Of a stretch of DNA of 64,000 nucleotides, positions 47,199 to 56,147 are shown piece after piece. The stretch comes from Candidatus Aminicenantales bacterium. GTDB lineage: Bacteria; Acidobacteriota; Aminicenantia; Aminicenantales; UBA4085. Each line of letters starts with the position of its first letter. Position 1 is the stretch's first letter. The stretch is taken from assembly GCA_049515535.1 (NCBI GenBank), contig JBEKTZ010000011.1, forward strand, positions 62,001 through 126,000, in the 5' to 3' direction. The position numbers were made by a program, and so were the translations under genes. The notes under the pieces are model-generated. The model was given only the letters and a program-made list of their open reading frames with translations, had not been told where the DNA came from and did no database searches.

Positions 47199-48068
47199 AT
47201 GAACCGCAAAATCGTCCAGATCGCCATCCTTGTCCTAGCCGGGATCGGCGTTTTTTTCCTGTCGTGCGCCAAGTCGGAAGATCATTCCCTGTCCGGGGCG
47301 TCCTCGCCGTTTACCCAAACGCGGCCCACGCCCAAGGAGATCACGATCCGTAACGTGACGAAAGAAGTCGTCACGTTCACGCTCGTGCCGTCCGGATCGA
47401 AAGACAAGCCCGTGGCCAAGACGCTCGCGGTCGGCGCCATCGACCGCGTCGCCACCACCCAGACCCTGGTCATCGCCTATCAAAAATACGGGCGCGAGAT
47501 CACCTATTCGCTCTATCCCGGAAAGCCTTATTCCTTCCGCTACGACAGCTCCGGCCAGATCGATATCTGGGTCGGATCGCACGGCCGGGAAGACGCCGAA
47601 GACCTGGCCCCCTGGGTCCCCACGCCTCCGGAAGTCATCGCAAAAATGCTCGAGATGGCCAAGGCGGACAAGAACGCGATCATCTATGACATCGGCTGCG
47701 GAGACGGCCGGATCGTGATTTACGCCGCCCAGAAATACGGAGCCCGCGGCGTGGGCATCGACATCGACCCGCAGCGGATCAAGGAATCCAAAGACGCCGC
47801 CAAGAAGGCCGGCGTGGGAAAGCTGGTCAAGTTCCGCCTGGAGGACGCGACCAAATCCGATATTTCAGAAGCGACCATCGTCACCCTTTATCTCCTCCCG
47901 GAATCCAACGAACTCCTTCGGCCGAAATTCGAGCGGGAACTCAAGCCGGGGACGATCGTCGTCACCCACAATTATATCGTGCCGGGCTGGGACGACCGCG
48001 AAATCGATTCGACGACGGTCAACGACGCGGACGGAAAAGAGCACAGCGTATTCCTTTATAAACGATAA
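47199..48068 (+). CDS. Lipoprotein with C-terminal class I SAM-dependent methyltransferase
   Basis: FFLSC lipobox; PWVPTP, YDIGCGDGRI, GIDID, VTLYLLP. Confidence 0.85.
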   Translation: MNRKIVQIAILVLAGIGVFFLSCAKSEDHSLSGASSPFTQTRPTPKEITIRNVTKEVVTFTLVPSGSKDKPVAKTLAVGAIDRVATTQTLVIAYQKYGREITYSLYPGKPYSFRYDSSGQIDIWVGSHGREDAEDLAPWVPTPPEVIAKMLEMAKADKNAIIYDIGCGDGRIVIYAAQKYGARGVGIDIDPQRIKESKDAAKKAGVGKLVKFRLEDATKSDISEATIVTLYLLPESNELLRPKFERELKPGTIVVTHNYIVPGWDDREIDSTTVNDADGKEHSVFLYKR

Positions 48069-48161
48069 CAGGGCGGCTCCTCGCCTTTTTTCCGGCCGGG
48101 ACATCATGTTCTCCGCTCATTCCCAATAAAAAGGGACGCGTCGACGACATAAAAATAACGC

Positions 48162-48192
48162 TTGACTCTGACGTTACGTCATACTTTACAAT
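48162..48192 (+). promoter_or_regulatory. MerR-type promoter/operator
   Basis: TTGACT-19 bp-TACAAT with dyad TGACGT-T-ACGTCA in the long spacer. Confidence 0.85.
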
Positions 48193-48210
48193 TATCTTCC
48201 GGAGCCCAAA

Positions 48211-48993
48211 ATGTCAAAGTCTCAAGTCCGGCAATACCGGGTGAAAGAGTTCGCCGAGCTGACCAAGGTCACCATTCGCGCCCTTCACCACTACGACCAT
48301 ATCGGCCTGCTCCGGCCGAGCCGCCGGACGGAGAGCGGGTACCGGCTGTACACCGACCGGGACCTCGTCCGGCTCCAGCAGATCGTGACCTTGAAGTTCA
48401 TGGGCTTCTCGCTCGAAAACATCAAGGCGATCCTGGCCCGGCCCCAGTTCGCCGTCAAGAAGGCCCTGCGGATCCAGGTCGCGGCGGTCCGCGAAGAGAT
48501 CGAGCGGCTGCGCAAGGCGGCCCGGGCGCTCGAACAGGTCGCCGATGTTTTGGAGAAGGAAAACCGGATCGATTGGAAAAAACTCATTCGCAGCATGGAG
48601 GTCATACAAATGAGCGAAGAAACCAAAAAAGAATGGACGAAGAAGTTCTTCACCGAAGCGGACATGAAGGAGTTCGAGGAGATCGGCAAGAAGTACACGC
48701 CCGAGACGATGCAGGATTACCAGAACCGGTGGACGAAGCTGATCGCCGAGGTCCAGAAAAATCTCGACGCCGATCCCGCGAGCGCCGTCGCCCAGGACCT
48801 GTCCCGCCGCTGGTCCGAGCTTCTCGATCAGGGCTATCGCGGCCATGAAGGGCTCCTGCCCAAAATCGGCCAGGCGTATAACGCGGCGTGGAAATCCGGC
48901 GAAATGCCGGTCGCGCCCGGCGGAAAGCCGCCCTTCGACGAGAGGATCTGGGAATTCATCCAGAAAGCCAACGCGATCCGCAAAGCGAAATAG
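48211..48993 (+). CDS. MerR family regulator with TipAS antibiotic-recognition domain
   Basis: VTIRALHHYDHIGLL.P...SGYRLY; C-terminal ADPASAVAQ..W. Confidence 0.9.
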   Translation: MSKSQVRQYRVKEFAELTKVTIRALHHYDHIGLLRPSRRTESGYRLYTDRDLVRLQQIVTLKFMGFSLENIKAILARPQFAVKKALRIQVAAVREEIERLRKAARALEQVADVLEKENRIDWKKLIRSMEVIQMSEETKKEWTKKFFTEADMKEFEEIGKKYTPETMQDYQNRWTKLIAEVQKNLDADPASAVAQDLSRRWSELLDQGYRGHEGLLPKIGQAYNAAWKSGEMPVAPGGKPPFDERIWEFIQKANAIRKAK

Positions 48994-49028
48994 CTGACCG
49001 ACGTCAACTGTTCAATTCCATGCGCCAC

Positions 49029-49087
49029 TTGACAAAACATGATTTTGTAGCTACATTCGAGTCTCATATGTAGTCACGATATGAGAC
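49029..49087 (+). promoter_or_regulatory. TA promoter with operators
   Basis: TTGACA-17-TACATT; palindrome TGTAGCTACA over the -10; inverted repeat gtctcatat/atatgagac. Confidence 0.65.
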
Positions 49088-49091
49088 AGCC

Positions 49092-49604
49092 ATGCGATTC
49101 GTTAATGTTAGGGAATTGAAAAGCAAGACGTCGGAGATTCTCCGCGCCGCAGCCGGCGAGAATATTGTCGTTACCAATCGGGGGAAACCGGTCGCCGTCC
49201 TCCGAGGATTCGATAGCACGGAATTTGAAAGAGCCGCGTTTCGGCCGGCGGCCAGAGTCCGCGAAACCCGCGCTCCCTACGGCGTGGCTGTCGAGGATCT
49301 TCCTCCGCCCTCTCCTAAGCCCGGGGCTATGCTGTCCTGGAATCCTCTCAAAGCCGTCTTCTGGGACTATCCGGAACTGACGGACGAGGCGGCCTTGGGC
49401 CGTAAAATCCAAGCGGCACGGGGTTCTTCCGTCCAAGATGCATTCCGCTGGTATTTAGCCCGTTTTTTGGAAAGGGGCAGGGTCGTGGATACGCTGCGAT
49501 TTTTTCGGTTGGAGGAAATCCGGCGGGTCATGCCTTCGCTGAGGATTTCTCCCCGCGCCGTGGCCAAATGGGCAAGGATCCTGGCGGGCTATGGAAATAC
49601 TTAA
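49092..49604 (+). CDS. Phd/YefM-domain antitoxin with extra C-terminal domain
   Basis: VNVRELKSKTSEILR...VVTNRGKPVAVL; second domain AVFWDY...LARFLERG. Confidence 0.8.
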   Translation: MRFVNVRELKSKTSEILRAAAGENIVVTNRGKPVAVLRGFDSTEFERAAFRPAARVRETRAPYGVAVEDLPPPSPKPGAMLSWNPLKAVFWDYPELTDEAALGRKIQAARGSSVQDAFRWYLARFLERGRVVDTLRFFRLEEIRRVMPSLRISPRAVAKWARILAGYGNT

Positions 49605-50325
49605 AGAATTTTCCGCGGGCTATGCTTCACCGGCCCAGAAATCCGTCCTTGCGGCCTTGAGCCGAGATCCGATCATTAAGGATGCGTTTTTTCTGACCGG
49701 CGGAACGGCGCTATCCGTTTTTTACCTTGGACATAGGGTTTCGGACGATATTGATCTTTTCACCAGAGAGCCGCTCGACCTCCCGGCCGTCACGGATCTT
49801 ATTCTTCGGCCTTGGGCCGGGGAGTTCATCATGATTGAACGGGAATCTTCCTTCATTTCGGTTTTCATTCAGAACGTCAAGGTCGATTACGTTATCGATC
49901 ACTTGTCCGAAATGGAAGAGCGTCCCCTAGCCGACCTAGATTCCGGCGGCCGCCTGACCGTGGACTCACTGGAGGCGATCGCCGCCAACAAGCTGACGGC
50001 GCTGGTCGGCCGCATCGAACCGAAGGACTTCATCGACTTCTATTTCCTGCGGAAGGAATTTCCTCGTTTGAAAGCCGACTCCATCCTCGAGCGCGCGAGA
50101 AGGAAAGACGCCGTTTTCGACGATCCCATGACGGCGGCCACACGTCTGAAGGAAGGATTGCAAATCGTCCTTCGGTCCGCGCCGGAGGCCGAAGCCCGGA
50201 ATATCAAAGACGGCCGGCGCCACGCTCTGATCCCTTACCCTCGACTTCTGAAGCCCGTCGATTGGGAGGAGTTCGGACGGCTTTTCGAAACACTGGCGGA
50301 TTGGCTCTATGAGCAAGGGCGTTGA
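49591..50325 (+). CDS. AbiEii/AbiGii nucleotidyltransferase toxin
   Basis: FFLTGGTALS..YLGHRVSDDIDLF, ANKL, KDFIDFY. Confidence 0.88.
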   Translation: MEILKEFSAGYASPAQKSVLAALSRDPIIKDAFFLTGGTALSVFYLGHRVSDDIDLFTREPLDLPAVTDLILRPWAGEFIMIERESSFISVFIQNVKVDYVIDHLSEMEERPLADLDSGGRLTVDSLEAIAANKLTALVGRIEPKDFIDFYFLRKEFPRLKADSILERARRKDAVFDDPMTAATRLKEGLQIVLRSAPEAEARNIKDGRRHALIPYPRLLKPVDWEEFGRLFETLADWLYEQGR

Positions 50326-50390
50326 AGCAAATCTTATGGAGATACAATACCCGTCCATAAAGGCGGAATTCTGAAGATACGAATTACCCG

Positions 50391-50447
50391 CGAATTAGGG
50401 TGACATGCCCTAATTCTCTTGAATTTGGATCGTATCACCCTAATTCG
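50391..50447. repeat. REP-like inverted repeat
   Basis: cgaattagggtga ... tcaccctaattcg arms. Confidence 0.7.
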
Positions 50448-50589
50448 TGTCTCCCAAAATCAGGTCTTTTGCTTCCTTCGCTTTTGCGGAAACGGGCGTC
50501 ATGCCCCCGAAACTGTATAATGGTCAACCTTCACCTCGCTTGATTATTTCTCAAGGAGCATGCAAAATATTCTCAAGCATTAAAACAGG

Positions 50590-51685
50590 TTTCGTCGCCT
50601 GGACGGCGGACGGCATTTATTTCTCGGGGATGCAAAAAACGGCCGCCCATCTTTTCCGCTTCGACCCGGCGAGTCTGAAGATCACCCGCTTGACCGACCC
50701 CGACAGCTTCATCGGCGGCGGATTCACGTTCAGCCGGGATGGAAAGCGGCTGGCCTTCACCTCCGGCTCACCGACGACCCTGACCGAAATTTGTATCTCC
50801 GACCTCCCCTTCAAGCCGCGCGCGCTGACGAACATGACCGCGCAGGCGGACTCTTTCATTCTCGGGACCCGGGAGGTCATCTCCTGGAAGAGCAAGGACG
50901 GGACTGAGATCGAAGGCGTGCTGATCAAACCCGCCGATTTCGACCCGGCCAAGAGATACGCCCTGCTCTGCATCATCCACGGCGGCCCGACCGGCGTGGA
51001 CCGGCCGCTCCTCCTTTCGCCGGACACCCGCAACTATCCCGCGGATATCTGGGCGGCGCGCGGCGCCCTGATCCTCAAGGTGAACTACCGCGGCAGCGCC
51101 GGCTACGGGGAAAAGTTCCGCAAGCTCAATTTCCGCAATCTCGGTGTGGGGGACGCCTGGGACGTGCTCTCGGGAGTGGATTTGCTGGTCAAAAAAGGCT
51201 GGGCTGACCCGGCGCGCGTCGGATGCATGGGCTGGAGCCAGGGTGGATATATTTCAGCCTTCCTGACGACGTCGTCCGACCGGTTCAAGGCGATCTCGGT
51301 CGGCGCCGGTATCTCGAACTGGGCTACGTATTATTACAACACGGACATCACTACATTCACCCCCAACTACCTGGGCGCGAATCCCGCCGACGATCCACAG
51401 ATCTACCAGATGACCTCGCCCATGTCGTATATCAAGAAAGCGAAGACGCCGACGCTCATCCAGCACGGCGAGCTCGATAAGCGCGTTCCCATCCCCAACG
51501 CTTACGAGCTGCGGCAGGGCCTGGAAGATCGGGGCGTGCCCGCGGAGATGGTCGTCTATAAAGGCTTCGGCCACGGCGTCACCAAACCGAAATCCCAGCG
51601 GGCCGTGATGCAGCACAATCTCGCCTGGTTCAACCACTATATCTTCGGCGATCCGAAGCCGGACCTAACGGTCCCGATAAAATAA
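50590..51685 (+). pseudogene. S9 family peptidase, 5'-truncated
   Basis: IHGGP, GWSQGG nucleophile, HGELDKRV, GHG; begins mid beta-propeller with no plausible start or signal peptide. Confidence 0.75.
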
Positions 51686-51741
51686 GGACGCAATTCCGGC
51701 ATCGGCACATTTCGATAAATGAGATAACCTAAGGAGAGCGG

Positions 51742-52116
51742 TTATCCCTTCCGCACCGGGACGATCTCGACCCAGTACCCGTCGGGATCCTCGATGAAGT
51801 AGATCCCCATCTTGGGATTTTCGTAACAGACAACCCCCATCTCCTTATGCCGGCGATAGGCGGCGTCATAATCGTCCACGGTGAAGGCGAGGTGGATCTC
51901 ATTATCACCCAGATCGTATTTTTCCTTCCGGTCGCGGAGCCAGGTCAGCTCCAGCCGGTGGGGCGTAACGCTGTCGCCCAGGAAAACCAGGATGAAGCTC
52001 CCGTCTTCGGGGGCGATGCGGCGGACTTCCTTGAGATCGAGGGCGCGCTGATAGAAGTCCAGGCTCCGTTCTAAGTCGAGGACATTGACGTTGTTGTGGG
52101 CGAACGTGAATTTCAT
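51742..52116 (-). CDS. gloA: Lactoylglutathione lyase (VOC family)
   Basis: HNNVNVLDLERSLDFY, LELTW, HLAF, DPDGYWVE. Confidence 0.85.
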   Translation of the reverse strand: MKFTFAHNNVNVLDLERSLDFYQRALDLKEVRRIAPEDGSFILVFLGDSVTPHRLELTWLRDRKEKYDLGDNEIHLAFTVDDYDAAYRRHKEMGVVCYENPKMGIYFIEDPDGYWVEIVPVRKG

Positions 52117-52256
52117 GGCCGCGCTCCTTTTTTTTCTGCCGCGGAGATAAGGACGAGGGGGGTTCGTTTCATGGACAACTCCTTCCTTTGGGTTCATTAT
52201 AATAAAAAAGGCGGAAAGAAACTATGCGGATAACGGGCCGGATATTACCCAGCCTT

Positions 52257-54929
52257 CTATTGCCGGTTGGGAGACGTCGAGTTATCCTTCTCTAATTGTT
52301 CGACCCGTCGGCGCATCTCGGCGACTTTGACTTTCATATCATCGATAATCTTCTTGAACCGCTCATCTTCGCGGATATTTTCGAACAAGGGGTATCTCGA
52401 CGCATAATTATAGTTCCGCCATCCGGCATCGACGGCCTTTTCGAGCCACCTTAGAGCTTCATCCTTGTTTCCCTGGACGGCGCAAATCGCGGCCATGTTA
52501 GACAAGAGCCCGGAGCTTTCGTCGCCTTGTTCAAGCCGTTTCTGCAACCGGTCCAAGTTTCCCTGAAACAGCTTCTTCGCCTCGTCCTTTCTCCCTGCTT
52601 TCCAATAGATAAACCCGAGTTCGACAGGCTGTGTCCCAATTTTTTGATAATATTCTTTAGCCTTTTCGTAATGGCCGGAAAAGAGCTCAGCAAGGGCGGG
52701 GTACTCTATAACCCAGGGATGGTCAGGAAATTTGGACAGATATGTTTGGCTCAACTCGATCGCTTTATTATATTCTCCGAAGCCGAGGTATAAATCTATT
52801 TGCGCTATATTTGCCCAGTCCAAGTCAGGTTGAAGTTCAAGAGCTTTCTTCAGCCACTCCTCAGCTCGCACAGGGTCATCGAGGCCATAATAGATGGATC
52901 CCAAATCGGCACAAGGGAAAGCATCAGCCGGACTCAGGGCAATCGCTTTTTTTACGAATGGGAAAGCCTTATCGAACTCTCCGATATTGAAATAGTATTC
53001 GCCTAGAGCGCTGCACGCGAGTGCACTGTTGGGATTCGCTTCGACCGCCTTTTGGCCGGCCTCAACGGCTTTTCTCAACCATCCCTTCCCACCAAAATAG
53101 GCGGAGCCGAGGGCTTTGTATCCTTCAGCGAGGTTCGGGTCGAGGGAGATGGCTTTTTGAGCTTCCTCGATGCCTCTGTCGATCCATGTCTTAAGGAATC
53201 CAAATCGCTCGGCCCTCTGACAGTAAGCATCTCCAAGTCCAGCGTGGGCCAGGGCATAATCAGGATCAAGCTCGATCGCCTTCTTGAAAAGCTCAATAGC
53301 CTGCTCATTATCTTCCTTTTTGTATCGAGAGTAGTATTCGCGGCCTTTGACGTAATACTCATACGCCCTGATATCCTTGGTCGGTTTCTTCTCGATCCGC
53401 TCTTTTTCGGCCGGAGTGAGCTTCGCCTTGAGGGCTGCGGCAATTTGCTGGGCGATACCGCTCTGGATAGCAAAAATTTCCTTCATGTCCCGGTCAAAGG
53501 TATCTGCCCAGATATTTTGATCTTTGGCGGCGTCGATCAACCGGGTCGAAATGCGCACTTTGCTGTCGGCGCGACGCACGCTTCCATCAAGAATGTAGAC
53601 AACGTTGAGCTCCCGGCCGATTTCTTTTATTCCTAGATCGCTCTTTTTGTACTTCATCGCCGATGTCTGCGACCGGACATCCAGCTCGCTGATTTTGGAG
53701 AGCTGGGTAGTGATATCCTCGGTGATGCCGCTGCTGAAGGCTTCATCCTCTTTCGGGTCGCCGAGGTTTTTAAAAGGGAGGACGGCGATAGAGCGCTTTG
53801 AAGGCGCAGCGGACGGGGCCGCTTTCTTGGGCAAAACTTTTGTTAAAGAGATTCCTATGATCGCTACGGCGATGATCGCCGCGGCGGGGATGATAAGTTT
53901 TTTGAGCTTGAACGAGACCGTGATCTGTTTCGAAGTGAACGGCTTTCGTACGGGCGCGACGCGCTCGGTCGTCGGCAATCCATTTTCGATCCGCTCGAGT
54001 TCGGCCCGCACGTCGGAGGCGGTCTGATATCGCCTTGACCGGTCTTTCTCCAGGCACTTCAGGATGACCCCGGCCAGGTCATCGGGAATATGGGGATTGA
54101 GCCCTTTCGGATTTTTCGGCGTCTCGCCTTTTTGCTTCATGGCGATCGCGAGGGCCGTCTCGCCTTCAAAGGGGACCTTCCCCGTCGCCATCTCATAAAG
54201 AATGATGCCCAACGAATAAATATCCGAGCGATGGTCGATATCCTTCGCCTCGGCCTGCTCGGGCGACATATATTCCGGCGTCCCGATCATGACCCCCGGC
54301 CCCGTAACGCCCCTTCCTCGAATCGACCGGGCGATCCCGAAATCCATGATCTTGGCGTTCCCGCCTTTGTCGATCATGATATTCTGAGGTTTGAGGTCGC
54401 GATGAACGATACCCAGGCCATGGGCTTCGGCCAGTCCTTCGGCGACCTGCTTCCCAATGCTGAGGACGGTTCCGATGACGAGGCTGCCCGACATACGGAT
54501 CATGGTCTTGAGGTCCTCACCGGAGACATATTCCATCGTCAGGAAGTGGACGCCTTCCGCCTCGCCTAAGTCGAACATCCGGCAGACGTTGCGGTGGGCG
54601 ATCTTGCGGGCCAGCGTCATCTCATGGCTGAATCGCTCGAGGACTTCGGCATCGAGCGCGAGCTCGGGCTTGATCAATTTGAGGGCGATTTTTTCTTTAG
54701 TTTTTGTATCAAAGACTTTATAGACCTTTCCCATCCCACCCGCGCCGAGCTCCTCGATAACCTGGTAGCGGCCTGAAAAGTTCGTGCCGGCGGTCAGCTC
54801 TTTGATCGGCTGGTTGAGTGTCTCCGTCTGAGAGAAAGGAATATCCTTCCGCTTGGGAAAAGGGGTCGAGCACTCCTTGCAGAATTTAGAGTCCGAAGGA
54901 TTATCCGTTTGACATGCAGGACATTTCAT
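52257..54929 (-). CDS. Ser/Thr protein kinase with N-terminal zinc ribbon, TM helix, TolB-like domain and TPRs
   Basis: MKCPAC..FCKEC; LGAGGMG, HRDLKPQN, DFG, GTPEYMSPE; SIAVLPF; TPR repeats. Confidence 0.92.
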   Translation of the reverse strand: MKCPACQTDNPSDSKFCKECSTPFPKRKDIPFSQTETLNQPIKELTAGTNFSGRYQVIEELGAGGMGKVYKVFDTKTKEKIALKLIKPELALDAEVLERFSHEMTLARKIAHRNVCRMFDLGEAEGVHFLTMEYVSGEDLKTMIRMSGSLVIGTVLSIGKQVAEGLAEAHGLGIVHRDLKPQNIMIDKGGNAKIMDFGIARSIRGRGVTGPGVMIGTPEYMSPEQAEAKDIDHRSDIYSLGIILYEMATGKVPFEGETALAIAMKQKGETPKNPKGLNPHIPDDLAGVILKCLEKDRSRRYQTASDVRAELERIENGLPTTERVAPVRKPFTSKQITVSFKLKKLIIPAAAIIAVAIIGISLTKVLPKKAAPSAAPSKRSIAVLPFKNLGDPKEDEAFSSGITEDITTQLSKISELDVRSQTSAMKYKKSDLGIKEIGRELNVVYILDGSVRRADSKVRISTRLIDAAKDQNIWADTFDRDMKEIFAIQSGIAQQIAAALKAKLTPAEKERIEKKPTKDIRAYEYYVKGREYYSRYKKEDNEQAIELFKKAIELDPDYALAHAGLGDAYCQRAERFGFLKTWIDRGIEEAQKAISLDPNLAEGYKALGSAYFGGKGWLRKAVEAGQKAVEANPNSALACSALGEYYFNIGEFDKAFPFVKKAIALSPADAFPCADLGSIYYGLDDPVRAEEWLKKALELQPDLDWANIAQIDLYLGFGEYNKAIELSQTYLSKFPDHPWVIEYPALAELFSGHYEKAKEYYQKIGTQPVELGFIYWKAGRKDEAKKLFQGNLDRLQKRLEQGDESSGLLSNMAAICAVQGNKDEALRWLEKAVDAGWRNYNYASRYPLFENIREDERFKKIIDDMKVKVAEMRRRVEQLEKDNSTSPNRQ

Positions 54930-55059
54930 GGACGCTTCTTGCGCTGTTTTATGATGTGGACGCATCATAACAGAGAGAATAACGGGGGTCAATCCATTAT
55001 TCCCATCGTTCTCATCGCTGTTGTATAGTTTCGGAGCGGACATTGGGCTTATCTTCGAG

Positions 55060-55199
55060 GTCCCTGCGAGCGATCGAAGGGAGCGGGGCAATCATAATCC
55101 CCCCACAGCCCCCTTTGGAAAAGGGGGGGCTCGCTTCCCCCCTTTACTAAAGGGGGGAGAAGGGGGGATTAGCCGCGTCGCTTCGCTCCTCGCGATGAC
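55060..55199. repeat. Nested palindromic elements
   Basis: Outer gtc..tgcgag..gcaatc / gccgcgtcgcttcgctcctcgcgatgac enclosing inner aatcccccc..cccccttt..aagggggg..ggggggatt. Confidence 0.75.
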
Positions 55200-55270
55200 A
55201 GACTCTATCGGCAATTTTAAGATTTTCCGGCCGGTTTGACCCCGCCCCCTATTTTTGAGAATATAAAAAA

Positions 55271-55999
55271 ATGCCCAGGCCTGATCCCGGCTCCGTTCAT
55301 CTCTCCGTGGTCATCCCCGCGTTCAATGAAGAAGCGAGGATATTCGACACCGTGACCACGATCGCCGCGTATCTCCGAACGCGGGATTATGCGAGCGAAA
55401 TGATCGTCGTCGATGACGGAAGCCGGGACCGGACCGCCGAACGCGCGTCGGAAGCGCTGCGCGGAATGGAGCGCGGCCGTATCGTCAAGCTCCCCAAAAA
55501 CCGCGGCAAGGGAGCCGCCGTCAAAGAGGGGATCATGAAGGCCGAAGGCGATTTCATTCTTTTCTCGGACGCCGACCTCTCCACGCCCATCGAGGAGATC
55601 GAGAAATTCTGGCCCTGGACCGTGCGCGGTTTCGATGTCGTCATCGGCTCCCGGGCGCTTCCCGAATCGGACGTCCAAATCCGACAGGCTCCGTTCAGAG
55701 AGTTCCTGGGCAAGACGTTCAATATCCTCGTCCGTCTTTTGATCCTGGACGGGATCCGGGACACGCAGTGCGGCTTCAAGCTTTTCCGGAGGGAAGCCGC
55801 CCGGCGCGTGTTTCCCCGGGTCATGATCAAAGGCTTCAGCTTTGATGTGGAAGCGCTTGACCTGTTCCGTCGCGGAGGCTTCGGCATTGGTCAGGTCCCC
55901 GTCATCTGGAGGAATGCGCCCGAAAGCAAGGTTAAAATCGTACGCAGCTCGCTCCGCATGCTATGGGATTTATTGACGATCCGATTTCGTCGCGCATAA
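55271..55999 (+). CDS. GT2 dolichyl-phosphate beta-glucosyltransferase-like
   Basis: SVVIPAFNE, VDDGS, NRGKG, DADLS, DTQCGFK, FDVE. Confidence 0.9.
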   Translation: MPRPDPGSVHLSVVIPAFNEEARIFDTVTTIAAYLRTRDYASEMIVVDDGSRDRTAERASEALRGMERGRIVKLPKNRGKGAAVKEGIMKAEGDFILFSDADLSTPIEEIEKFWPWTVRGFDVVIGSRALPESDVQIRQAPFREFLGKTFNILVRLLILDGIRDTQCGFKLFRREAARRVFPRVMIKGFSFDVEALDLFRRGGFGIGQVPVIWRNAPESKVKIVRSSLRMLWDLLTIRFRRA

Positions 56000-56147
56000 G
56001 ATATCCGCAAAGCCGCCTTGCTCTCGGTCCTCCTTTTCGCTTTTCTATTCTATGAGGCCCGCACGAGCGTCATTCCCTACCGAGACATTTTCCTTTTTTA
56101 CCTCATGCTCGTCATCACGATCGTAACGGGCGAATCGGCGGCCCCAA

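Noticed and set aside
54930..55091. N-terminal extension of the kinase ORF
   Set aside because: It runs through intergenic repeat DNA; the family-typical start is MKCPAC at 54929.
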